DNA of 64,000 nucleotides from the NCBI GenBank assembly GCA_002633005.1, contig NMRA01000323.1, forward strand, positions 443,997 through 507,996, given 5' to 3'. The DNA is from Phoronis australis (taxonomy: Eukaryota > Animalia > Phoronida). Shown here in pieces: positions 46,061 to 59,400 of the stretch; position 1 is the stretch's first letter; every line of letters begins with the position of its first letter. The position numbers were made by a program, and so were the translations under genes. The notes below the pieces were generated by a model. It made no database searches and had not been told where the DNA came from. It was given only the letters and a program-made list of their open reading frames with translations.

Positions 46061-48456
46061 GAAACGAGAACATCTCGCGTGTAATCATAACGACTGTTTA
46101 AATTATAAACAGTCCGGCGTGAGTTTCTCAGGATTATAGATAAGGTACTCAAATAATAATGCTAAATGAATAGTTCTATATTTTTCTAAAAAAAATTTCT
46201 TAAATTATTGCATTCTCTGACTCTGGAATGAGTCAGCATCGCAATCACGCCATAATTCTAAACAAATCTTGGTGAGTTTTCGTCGCAGGGTGTCCACACG
46301 TGGAGGCTACTATGTACCAGTTGCTGGGACACGCCTTTATACACTCACCTAACGTAAACTGACCAATATGTCCGTACAGTACGATAGCCAATTACATCCA
46401 CTTATCTGTAAGCTACTGTAGCTGCTACGTACGGTTATGTCGCACTTTTACCGCTCACTACCTCGCCATCGTGCCGAGGTCCTGGTTCGACAACAGCTGG
46501 TGTAATTTTCCCCGACTGATGCCGGTAATTCGTTTTTAAAAGCTTCTTGGGTTAATTTCAGTTGTTTAAGTTTAGATACGTTTGTATCAACGAATTTCTG
46601 AGATTAGCGAGGGCTGTTGAGATGTAGCGTTCAGGTATCGCTAGATACAACTATTTCAAACCTCATACATCTTTTATGTAAATTTGGTTCAAGCTTGCTG
46701 CTTCATTTTCAAATTCATAGCTTGCAAAATATCCAAGGATTTGATGTCTTGTGATCACTGTACCTAGAACTTCAGTGTCAACAAGTTGTTTGCAACATCG
46801 GACAGGAATTAACTTCCTTGATAAAAGGGGAGAATAGGCGTTTGGTGGATTTTCTGTCGTACATGTATGTACATATGCGCACCCTGACAATTAGCCATCG
46901 AGCGCCAATTGATTTCAACATCGGAGACTCTTTCCGAAGGGGAACACTTAGCTTGACGAGACGAATTATTAGGTATCATTTCCCAACTCGTCCCGTTACA
47001 GTAATCAGTATATTTCATTTAGTCCATTGTATAAGCAAATACAACAATACCCCACCCCCTAGCTCCCCACCACAGTGAACTAATTAAAACGATGATTTTC
47101 TCAGATGGCGCTGCAAGGCGCTTTACAATAAAAGGAGTACACGATTTCAAAGCAGAAACAATAAACCAGCTTCAGTTGATGTACATGTAATCATGGTTCT
47201 CCTTAATGGAAAAGAATTTATCGTTACTGACATACACTTTTGTAGGGTCTCACCCTGAACCGAGAGAGTTCTGGAGAAAGTCCCGTACACTAACACCCAA
47301 CTTCTCTAACAATGAGAACTGCATATTTGAGTAGTCCTAAAATTAACAGTTTGGTTCTTCTTTAGTCAAAGATCGTTCTTTATCGCTTAAGTTGATGTGA
47401 TAACTACAAGACATGAAATCTTTGTTACAGGTCAATGCAGGTACCAAACTTTGTACTTAACACAAGTTATGTTGTTAGTCTAGGAGCCACAAGGGGTCAG
47501 CGTGTGCCTGTTTTTATAGAAATCGCTTTCTTTTGACCATCTAGTCAATTTTCGGTTTTCATATAAGGTAAGCAATTTTGGCTTCATTAACATGCACAAA
47601 TAGGTCCTAATCACGTCTAATTAGCGTACCTTATTGATTTGTTGATAGAATCTCTAGAGTTTTGCGTGACTTTGTTAAGATACTAGATTAATTTTCGATG
47701 CTTGCAGTCATTCAAGGTCACGTGATAATTTCCAAACCACTAGTAACCATTTTCGTCCAAAATTTACATAACAGTCAAATTAGGGGAAATATGTGAAAGC
47801 TTTTACACGAAATCGCCATTCTTTGTCCAAATTACCATTCTGACAGTGTTTTTCGATTTGCATGTATTACCAAGGCCTAATTACCTTGAGTTGTAGATAT
47901 TCTTATCTTTCGAACCACTTGATAGAATTTTTCATTTTCTGACTCGATGATCATGTTACAAAATACTCCCATGAATATGAAGGGCATAGTCCTTTTTTTA
48001 AGTTCACACGATTTTCACACATTCTGAGCCCCACTTCTTCACTTGTGAACTTATGCCAGTCGCTGTGCGGCAGGGCACTCATCTGTGCCCTATGTTAAAA
48101 GCAGGTCACAGTTTCCGTTACCATGCCATCAAATTCACGATTGCGCAATAGGTTTATAAATCTCCATAAAGTTGGTGCTGTTAAGCATTGTTATCTAGCG
48201 ATCCAGCGTCAGCTCCTTTTGATGCTGATTGCATGCCTCGCTGGTTCCGTACGTGCTTAGCCAGTACGCAGGCATCACTTAATTTTCCTGATACCTGCGT
48301 GCTGGCGCGGCTACCACCTCACCCAGCGGCACACAGGGAACCAGCGAGTGCTGGCTACCGACCGCCTGGCGGCACGCAGGCAACCGGCGAGAATGCATGT
48401 AACGGTGACTCATGTCTGTTGTGCGTCCATGGTTGTGTTTTGTAATCTGATAATAT

Positions 48457-49006
48457 TCTCTTTCTCACGTTCACAAATTGGCGGGCTCAGATCGACATTT
48501 TCCGACTGTCCAAACCACGGAAATCGAGATCCCGTTTGCGCTCGTTCTCAGTGCAACTGTACTCACACAAGCTCCGTCCACGTCATCACGTGATCGCAAT
48601 CACATGTAAACTACCGGTAACTCCAAGTGTATTTGACTCTGCATCAAAGATATTAGTAAATAGCACATAATTACTAAAGTTGCTTTATGGTGTTTACTAC
48701 ATCGTCTGAAAGATGAAGTTCTTTATGGTGTTTACTACATCNTCTCTTTTTCACGTTCACAAATTGGCGGGCTCAGATCGACATTTTCCGACTGTCCAAG
48801 CCACGGAAATCGAGATCCCGTTTGCGCTCGTTCTCAGTGCAACTGTACTCACACAAGCTCCGTCCACGTCGTCACATGATCGCAATCACGTGTAAACTAC
48901 CGGTAACTCCAAGTGTATTTGACTCTGCATCAAAGATATTAGTAAATAGCACATAATTACTAAAGTTGTTTTATGGTGTTTACTACATCGTGTGAAAGAT
49001 GAAGTT
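48457..49006. repeat. About 265-bp near-identical tandem duplication around a single n (likely assembly artefact)
   Basis: 48457-48741 and 48743-49006. Confidence 0.85.
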
Positions 49007-50296
49007 TTGCTTAACATATGAGAAAATACCATTTAATTTCGAATATTCCAACGAAGGTAGGCAGTGTCTTTAATTGTGCTACTTCCAATGTAATACCAGG
49101 TCGTGTGATAATTTCCCAAGCTCTGCTTCTTTCTCCCAAAAATGTACACAACTATCATAGTACGACACAATTGTGCGAGTTTTATAATATAAACTGTCTA
49201 CGGCTTAGGCTTCTAAATGCAAAATATCTCACGCAATAATTCAATGAGAGGAATTCTCCTGAAAAGAAAAGGGTTGACTTTGTCCTAATATGACCTTGAA
49301 TTATCTCGAAAGTATGAAAAATTGGGAAAAAATAGATCGAAAGATCACCAGATTTCGTCAAGCGGCAAGGAAAATATGTGTGTGCATGCCCGTATTTACA
49401 ATTTATTTTGATTAGGACACATTTAAGAATACAAGAATGAAAAACTATCCATAAATTGTGCAATTAGAAACGCAAGTTGTATAAAGTAATAATTCATTAT
49501 TAGAAGTGAAAAATCGTTTTTGGGAAACTCATTGACCTTGACATAGTCTAATAAACTTGCCTGACTTTAAAGTGACTTGACATTATTCCTTCGAGTGGTT
49601 CGAGAGATATGAATATCTTCAATTACAATTTTTATAATTTATACCAGTAAAGACTTAATTGTGGCCGCAAGTAAGGAATACTGTATGTCAGGATCGGAAA
49701 AGCACCTCAAAGTGGTTAATTGGACAAAGACCGATGAATTTGAATAAAACTTGTACATGAATGCCGTATTTTGATTGCTTTGTCTATTTTTGTGAAAAAT
49801 AATAAATTCAATTCAGGGTTGAGGTCGAGATTGCTTGCCCGAGAGTCGAAAAATATCCTAAAAATTTACATGTACATACTTGCCCTAATTTCTCTGACTG
49901 TACTTAGAAATTATGACGTCACCTCCTTGTAAGTATCTGATTAAAAATGAAGCAGTCTTCTTTTTAACCAGAATCAAGCAAAAAACCGAGAATCTATCAT
50001 ACATTTCACGAGATATGCATTCATGTGATTTATACTAATTAGGCACTAATTATGCATGTACATTAGGACCAAAAAAGCACCTTAAAATGGTCACTTAGAC
50101 AAAAATAAGGATTTTTACAAAATCTGGCACACTTGTGACCTTCCCAGGCAAAATAATGATATGCAGAACGCTGCATGCGTAATAGGTCGTTAAACGTTTA
50201 CATTTATAGGCATTTCTTTCCGTGTGATGTACATCTAATCTGGCTTTCTGACCACTGAAACACATCTGAGAATAGTGGAGCTAGCGAAAAGGACCA

Positions 50297-50486
50297 ATGA
50301 AATCCAGCGTTGATAGCTCGTACAGCTGGGTGGTGTGCTTCGCATCTTTCTTCGTCAATATGATCACGGATGGGATCCAGTTCTCGTACGGTCTCTACTA
50401 TCTCGACTTAAGGGACTACTTTCAGTGCAGCGAAAGTTTAACCGCTTTGGTCGGTTCTCTGATGTTTGGAGTGACATTCGTCTTAG
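50297..50486 (+). CDS. SLC16-like exon 1 (MKSSVDSSYSWVV...GVTFVL)
   Basis: ATG preceded by an in-frame TAG; GTAACT donor. Confidence 0.9.
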
Positions 50487-53400
50487 GTAACTATATTAAT
50501 TTCTTGAGATTTAATCTTGAGCATTTATATCAATTGTAATTTGGTCAAAAATTATTATCGACATCGTTGTTTTGCAATCTGTTCACCTTTCTTTTTTGTC
50601 GAGTTTTATTAAAAGATGACCCTGTTAACGGCATAGTCAAAAATGAAATTCTACTTGTCTATAAGGCCCTTCAAAACACTAAACCAGGTTTAAAAGTCAA
50701 AACCGCTTTGGTGAAGAGAACGTTATTTAATCAAAAGCTAGTTTCTGTCAAAGGCCTGCTTGCAAAAGCTGTATGTTATCAACAGGCATAATTAAAGCAG
50801 TGGCTACTCTGCTTGGTAGTTTCATACGACCAGGCCCCGTGACCGACTATTAACCAGTTTACGTTTCTTTATTTTATTCAACTAGATACGCTCACGTTTG
50901 TTCATCATATGTTGAACTTGATTCAATAGATATGCGTGTATTTGCTCAATGCTATGCAGATTCCGAGCACTTACGAAACCTCGTTGAAGTTCCCCATACC
51001 GTATCATTTTGGCCCATGCGCCTATTGACATCAAAGTGAACCTTTAGTTGTGTTTAACTAGCCACATACGACCAAAAAAACTGAAGTGTAGTTGTATGCA
51101 CCTATTATGCAAAATGAGTAGAGAATTCCTTGAAACTTGGGATATAGGCGCATGGGTTTAAATACTGGAATACGTGACGGGTGTGTGCTTGTGTGCGAGA
51201 CGGCTGTTGACGCGTGCTTCTCAGCTATTACCAATTGTTGAAGCATCTCCTTTAAAACCCGCTTGTTACCAAATTAGTAAACATAATTAAGGGATATATA
51301 CAGATGTAGCTTCAAACAGTTTCGAGCATCCTTTAATGAAGTTCAACTCATATGGCTCATTTCAAATAAGAATAAGTCAGAGTGTTTTTGCTCTTCACCA
51401 ATCAGTACAACTACTGCTGACCAGAAATTCAACTAAAGATCGCACGCCGGTTTTAACCGAGACTTTCGTAAGCACGCGGTTATGAACACAACTCTGCGAT
51501 CTCTAGGGCACTGAGCAGCGAAACATTGCAAACATAATTTGGTAGTAGTCCGTTTTTTTTTAAATTATGAATTGTAGTTAGCCAAATGCATTCAAAAAGA
51601 TTACCAAAATAATATTTTTTCCTTTTTTAAAGGATTCTACCTTGCTGTAAGTAATGGAAACTTTACCGAATGTTGTTTTACAGCAACTGCAAACTTTACC
51701 AAATGTTGTTTTACAACATCAACAAACTAAAAACTATGCCGGTAATCGACTAAAATGTTCTTATTGACGAAATAGAGTTTCATTTATCTGTCGTGTTATG
51801 TGCTAAATAAGCGAAGAATCACCGTATGGAACTCGCAAGCGTGAATTACATGCGTAAAAGCTCTTAATTCAAGTGTTATTCACCTGTGTTTTAATTAGGT
51901 ACGTCATTTAATTTGTAAAACGTTAAGCCGTTGGTGAAATGCACATACATGTCTAGACCAATGTGTGTAGATTTTTCCTGATAATTTCACCCAACACTGG
52001 TTTCGAAACCTGCCGTTGCACAAATTGTGTCCGAAAGCCAAATATAACCATTGACCTATAAACCTTCGTCATAGTGTCAGAAGCCTTCATGTATGTTATG
52101 GTCGTCTTTCCCTCTATTTGTAGGTTATTTACTCGATGCATCAACGAACGTTTATTGACTGATTAGATCACACCAACAGTCTCTTCAAAAATTTTACCAA
52201 CTTTCAGGGTTTGTCTTCGATTACAGGGAAATATTTAGCTTTGCCATATTAAATGCTTGAAAAAAAATTAACATACTGGACGCCCAAAGCTATAATGAAA
52301 AGTGCTTTTGATGAGACTATGATCATGGAGTAATTTTGCGTGAAATATGTGTCTGACTTCCATTGTCAAATAGTCAAAAGTTCTGTTTGTCAACTAGAAC
52401 GTTAGTAATTTTTGGGGGTCATTAGTTTAATAAGCGCTTGTTATGGCAGGCACCCCACGAACTGTTATTATACTTGTCAGTTTGGTCGTAATTAACTCCT
52501 TAGTGAGTTGAACCGCGGTGGCAGACAAACGCATTGTTCCCAGGTAAACTTTAGATACTGCCATGAAGTTTACATAATACACAGGGTAGTTGTAATTGAT
52601 TAACGCTGTTGGACGATCCTGACCCAATGAATTGCTACAGTCGCTTCAATGGAAACAGGCATGTGAACAGGATTTCACAATTTAAAAAATCCGAGCTTTG
52701 TTCTTAAAAATAGCCAGTTTACCGGCGATATAAAGGTTGAAATAGAGAATGATACAAAGTAAATGCAAAGAGCTGTGTTTTGTATCAGGATTTAATGCAG
52801 TGGGACTTCCCATTTTTTATAAATTCTTTGCGACCATCAAGCCATTTCCCGATAAAGCGGCGATATGACTGCCGTGAGTCTCTAGCAAAGATTAATGATG
52901 ACGATCCCTGATTACGTTTAATTTTCAAAGACACAATCGACATCCGTGTAAATTAAAAGCTGACGCCAGGGGACTGCTTCGTGAAAATGAGAAATCAGAC
53001 ATTTTATCTTACAATAATTTTTGAAAAATAAATTTTCTTCACCTCTCTGAGTCGATACCCATAATTACTAGTTCAGTGCTAACATAATTTTAATAGATTA
53101 TTTCCAAACTGTGATTTGCTAACAATTGCGCGACTAAAACTTTCATTCAGAAATTCTGAAGTGAGAGCATTTTCTTTTAAGTCAATTTTCTTCAAACGGG
53201 CCGGTTGCATGAAACACTCCCCTACCGGGACTCAATTCTGTTACCTAGATTTCAGCACATTAATTGCGATTTGTGAAAACACTAGGCGTTGTATGATATG
53301 GCCCCACTTAATTTCGTAAAAATCAAGAATTCAACTTATAATTTACTATCAATAAATGAATGTATCAAAGTTATAGCAAGCTATACCGGTCTTGACGTAT

Positions 53401-56400
53401 CAATTAGGACAGGGTAGCAGAAGGGCAATACGTGTTTGCAAGTTCACAAACGCGCTGAAAATTTAAGGAACAAAATCGAGTCCCTATTGGGACTGTTTCA
53501 TGCCACCGACCACAAGTCTCTCATATACTTTCATTGAAATATCGGTACAGTTTTCTGATATATTATTGTCATAATTAGTAAATAAATAACTCATAATAAA
53601 GATAAAGTGACAGAAAAACTAAATTTAGGGGCTCAGAAATGCACAGATTTTGATAACGAAGTGAAATCGCTCGCCGGTCACACTATAATACAGGTAGAAT
53701 GAATTAATGTTTGAGTTTCACGTTTTACAGTTGTTCAGTGCATGCTTAGATGTTTTAAAGAGGCATGGAACACGAAAAACAGACTTTATTCAAAGTGGTT
53801 CTCTGCCACTGAAACAGAATTCAACCTGTTCACCCGAGATTTTTACGGATTTTTGGTAAAGATTAAGAATTTTTTTGATGTCAGAGCATTTTTCTTTTAG
53901 TTTCAAATTTCAAAAAAATATCCGTCAACTGCTCTTCACTTCGTCGATTTTTCTCCCACACGTCTCCTTATTTGGTGTGGCAAGACATCGACGCAGCACA
54001 TTTCCCTTTTATGGAAAAAGTGACCTTTTCATTTGATGTAAACAAAACAATGGCGACTTCAAGCAGTAGCCTGACTAAGAGGCAGTTGATGTTTAAAATT
54101 AGTTACAAAGATATCGCAGTACTTAAATATATTCTAGAATGTTCTTGGAATTTTCTCTGGGAATCTTCTTGATTCACTAGCTTGCCCCATACTTTGGTGT
54201 CGACCTCAGATTCGGAGTAGGATCTCACACGATAATCTGGGCTGGGTTGCATAAAACAAGTTACTCACTGGATAAATTCGATTGTTGCATGACGTGACGT
54301 GCATCAATCAACAATAACAACGTGGCGCTTGATAATGCGACGTCATTGTTGCCGCACAGCGTATAACATTTACACAACTGGGCCCAGCCTCCCGTTCAGT
54401 AACGCTAGGACCTCGTTAAACGGCAAAACTTCGCGAGATTAATTGCGATATTGCCTCGTATTTTCAATGAGAACACGTAATTATGTCTAGATTTCAGCTT
54501 GGTCCTAGCGTAGGTCTCAGCGCTACTGAACGCACGCCAGCTGTTAATATCCTTCTTGTCAGTTTGTTAGTAGTCGAATGACTCTGGGCACATGCGCGCA
54601 TTTATCATAAGTGGGAGGAAGATTAGAAACTCTGTGGTGACTACAGAATTTTTCCTTCGCGCGTATTTCAAAAATGGTGAAATTTGCAATTTTTCGTGGA
54701 AATTCCCTCACAAGGGAAAGTAAATAACTATGTAGTAGACGTTTTGAGATGGCATTTTTGTCAGGAATTGTTTAAAAAATATTTTTGACGAGCTTTTGCG
54801 TTCCACGCCTGTTCAATGCTTATATGAGATGATTATATGTTTCATGTCTGGTTTTATCACAGGGCCTTTTGTTAGCGTCCTCGTCAATCGTTACGGCTGT
54901 CGCGTTGTCACAGTGCTTGGGGGCTTTGCAGCCGCCGCTGGTCTCATCTGCTCCTCCTTCGCAACCAACATCTACATTTTGGTGTTTTCCTATGGCGTCA
55001 TTGGAGGTCAGTGTGGGTAATTTGCCTTCTCGATTTTAAATTAAAACCATGGTGATTATCGCGCTGAGATTTACAGCTTTACATGTATGCATTTAGGGGA
55101 AAAACCTGAGCTCTGAGTGAGGGCTGTGTCAAAAAGTCCTGAACATGACTCAGTGGATCTCCGATAATTTTCAAACGTCCAAAACTTTACATGTAAGGTT
55201 ACGCGTAATGTTATAAGTCGTGTTATCCATTTACAGGCATTGGCATGAGCATGTTATACATTCCGTCCGTGATGGTCGTTATATTGTACTTCGAACGGAG
55301 GAGGGCGCTGGCTAACGGCGTCGCCATGTGTGGAGCAGGTAATTATATTTGCACAACGCAAACGATGCTCAGTGCCGCATTGAGATTTCTCTTGCACTCA
55401 TAGTTATAGAAAGCCCGGGACCCGAGTATTTTGAGCTGCCTTCAGCCCGCACAAACTTCCAAGGTCCACGGTCGGTGCAATTGTCGAGCTACGCTCCATC
55501 GCCACAACCGTTTCAGCTTCCCCTGCAGTAGACATAACTACATTTAAGGGACCCCAGGAGGCGAACCTATTTGTTTGAGTGATGACACCTTAAAAGGACG
55601 CCGATCCGGGTTTTGTCCTTTTAAAAGATATTGATGCCTTTTCCATGCAATTCTCTGATGTATAGGAATGCTCTGTAATCCCGATAACCCTAAAAAAGTT
55701 GAAGGAAAATTTGATAACTCATTTCAAAAATCTACTAACCAGGCAAGCGTGACCTTTGCTTTAAGCGAATTACACCGCAACTGTGGGAAAAGGCCACCCA
55801 CCAAGTACCATAATGTTCAATTTTGAGATAGGGGGTAGGAGTTTTTAGCTGATTCCTGCTTTCATCGTTCAAGATTGACGCAGATGACAGGGGCGGATCC
55901 AGGATTTTTAGTTGGGGAGAGGGCAGAGTATTAGCCAGGATTGTGTCCGTCAGACAATAGCACTCCCGAACTGCCAGATGGAATTTGGGAAAGTTCTAGG
56001 GGGNCCTTTAAATCCGTCACTGGATGATGCATTAGCAAGTGACTGAACCAGGATTGGCTGAAGTCATCAAAGTAGGGTTTAGTATCCTTTTCAGTTCTTG
56101 CATAGTTATCTTACAACACTGAACTAACTTGGACGCTCTTTAACGATGTGATTTCTAATAGTTAAAGCTGCTATAAATACAATGTAGGTGCGTTCTGTCA
56201 AAATCGGTTATCGCTGTGAAACTGGTTTCGACCTTTTTCGCCGTTCTAGCTGCTCTGCCGATGCGTCTTTCTTCAAGAGAAAGACGTCACCTCATACAAA
56301 AAATAATCATGTGGTATATGTACAAAATCATCTCACTCATTCACCGCCGCGCCGAGTGCGTGTTCAATAGAGACTTGTTACATCTTTGAATGGTTCAACA

Positions 56401-59400
56401 AAAGGGCAGCAAAACATTCACCTTCTAGATCATTCCAGGCTCTAATTGTGAGATGAAGAAACTGTACAAGCGCAAATTGTGATTGGCTGTGGCTGGGTCT
56501 CGATGGACTAGATGATCATAGGTATCTACTTGTATATAGACACAATTTTACTAAGTGTCGCAGGAGGTTGCAATCCATCCTTGAATTCTCAACTCGCTGG
56601 TTCCCTGCGTGCCGCTAGGTGGTAGTCAGCACGTAGGTAGCAGGCAGTAGCACGCGCGTTATCATTGTATGATGTAACCTCGGCAGTCATTGGTTAGTTT
56701 TACAACAAAGTGAGAAAATCGTGGACTATGAACGATTTTTAGCCTTGTCATGCAAGTGGCGTAGCAGCAACTATTTCGTTTCTGCAGTAGGCTTAATGTT
56801 TAATAGCTGCGTGCTTGAAGCACATACATGTACAATGAACACTCCGTCATCTGGCCGATTTAACTAGTCTGTTGTTTATACTGTATGAATACAGGACTAC
56901 AACGTAAACAAAAGTAAGTGACAATAGAAATATGCACTCCGAAAAGGCGCAACCACAATTTTCTGGGATTCAGATTTCTTGAACATGAATTTTAATCACC
57001 GATTTGTTTGTACAACAGACCACATTTACACTTGCTCCATCAGTCATACCAGTTTGTTTGTGTAAAGCGCTACCTGTTGAGAATTCGACCAGCCAATCAG
57101 AAACGCCGCCGTAAAAAAATTCCAGAGGAAAATTAAGTGATACCTGCGTGCTGGTTACCACCTAGCGGCACGCAGGGAACCAACGAGCAATTCGCAAGGG
57201 ATTTCCAGTAGAGGTCGCCTTACACGGAAGACACAGTGTGTGTTCTTTTTCCTATATAAGGCAACAGGCCGTTATGTTACCTTAGGAAAGTGTTTATAAA
57301 TACGGTCTAAATCATATCGAATGCTTTTAGTTTCCATCAGTGCAAATCAAAAAGGATTTATGTTCATCTTTTGAAATCTCAAAGTAAAAATGAAAAAAGT
57401 TAACGCTCACATGGCAATTTTTTGAAATTTCTGTAAATCATTAATTTCTAAAAACGTTAATAAGTGAAGTACGTAAGTGAACTCACTTTTTCATGTTTTC
57501 AACACAAGTCTGCAGTCGTTGTTTAGGTTTGTACAATGTTGAGATAAATTGAGAATTTCGAGTTCAAGCGGAGTTTTAGTGGCATCAACGGGACTCGTAA
57601 TCGCTGTGCGGTGCAATATTGAGCGCTCGCTATTGTCAGAAAAAAATTTGAAAACCCTTAATAACTGGGAAATGTCACAAGTACAACCTCTGTACAATCT
57701 AGTCAATATCCTTGATTCGAAAATTACTGGTTTCAAGAAGTCTTACTACTACACCCTGACTTTATGGGAAACTCAAATAAGTTGACTTGTATACGTATTC
57801 AACATTGAGGACGAAACCGTAGACTCGTGTATTGTCAATGTATTTATGTTGCGAAACAATGTACTTAAGTGGTGGAAAATCTTGATACTTGTGGTCGCGT
57901 TTGGCGATTTAAGCAAATATTTGAACTCCGATTTAGGTGAATTAGGTAAGTCGGGCTGAGATCGCTACTGGTAATGCGACGTGTAATTTGAGTAGATGCG
58001 AGACTCTTGCCAAAAAACAATTAAAGGCCACACAAAATAATGTAAGTGAACGGCGAATATTACACAAATGATTGAGACCATCATGAGCCTAACTTAGCAA
58101 AATGACGATCACTGAAGTGGTTGGTTAATTAGAGTGAAATGCTGAATTATGGAAATTCATGAACAATATATTTCCGTTCCGTTCGCCGCCAGATTAATTT
58201 TTGCTCCGTTATTCGTTAATATCGGACGCTACAAAGGATCTTTCAGTTTATGCTCGGCCGCGTAAGTATTCCCCAGTGGCCAGATTTAGTCAGAATTAAC
58301 TGTAAAAATTAATTCTGATATGAATTTTATTGTTATTTTCAGGTGTCGGTGCAGTCGTTTTTTCATTTCTCTTGACTTGGCTGGTGAGAGAATTGACTTG
58401 GCGCAGTCTGATGCAACTATTGGCAGGATTGTTGATACAGTGTGTGGTTTGCGGGGCCCTCTATCGACCAATAAATGCGTCTGATTCCCTGAGAAACGCG
58501 TCAAGAATGACGCCAGTTTTAAACAGTACTAACTGCGTACACGGATCCAGTAATCCTATCTCGCTTCATGGAACTGAGTCGTGTGAAATGTTGCATCAAC
58601 TCAATCCTAAGATGACAGCAGTATCTGAATCACACGCCAATTGCGAAGAGCTTTGCAACGATGTGAAGGTAACAAAGTCGTCTACGTCAAATCGCGATTT
58701 GAGAGAAAGTCTTCAGAGGTTTTTGCTGAAAAAAGAAACAACGGTGCTCCACAAACAAGCAGTCGCAAAAAGCGCGCCCAATCTTAATCTCACAGTAAAT
58801 TTGCTGAAACATCCCCTGTCGCAACCGGGCCATTCTCTTTTGCATCCATTGGACCGTAAGGACATCTTCTACAGCGGAAGTCTTTCGCGCATTCCCCACA
58901 ATAGCGAGCCACCCTCTGTTGTCTCTTCGATGAACAACTTGCACGATGACACGCATGGCAAGACGAAGACGTGTCCGCTCTTAAGCGACCTCAAGTATCC
59001 CATCGACTGGAATTTGATGAAGAACAGATCTTTTCTGGTGATAATTCTATCATGTACGCTATGGACGGGTACGTATTACTCAGGTGGTATGGCATTGCTA
59101 GATGAATTTTCGAACGCCATAACTCGCCGTTTTATTACGCCCACTTGAAGCTGTCCTGCAATAGTAAAGTAAACGAAACGTTGGCATATGACAGAACTCT
59201 GCCGGTGCTCGCACGGGAGAATCTTAAGGATGCACTGTAGTGTATTTTATGGCCGAAAAGCGCATTTTTAGAAGGAACAGTCTTGACCCCGCTCAACAGA
59301 GGACGGTTGACTCCAGACCACATTAGTACGTACTGCAACATATATCGAGTGGAGGCANATTGCTGCATTGGGTTATCTAATATCATCGGTAGAATAGTCT

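Noticed and set aside
48457-49006. Biological tandem duplication
   Set aside because: Near-identical copies abut a single n, same signature as 12511-13677; likely assembly overlap.
55680-55695. Telomerase RNA template (TAACCCTAA)
   Set aside because: Isolated 9-mer in an intron with no recognisable pseudoknot or H/ACA domain nearby.
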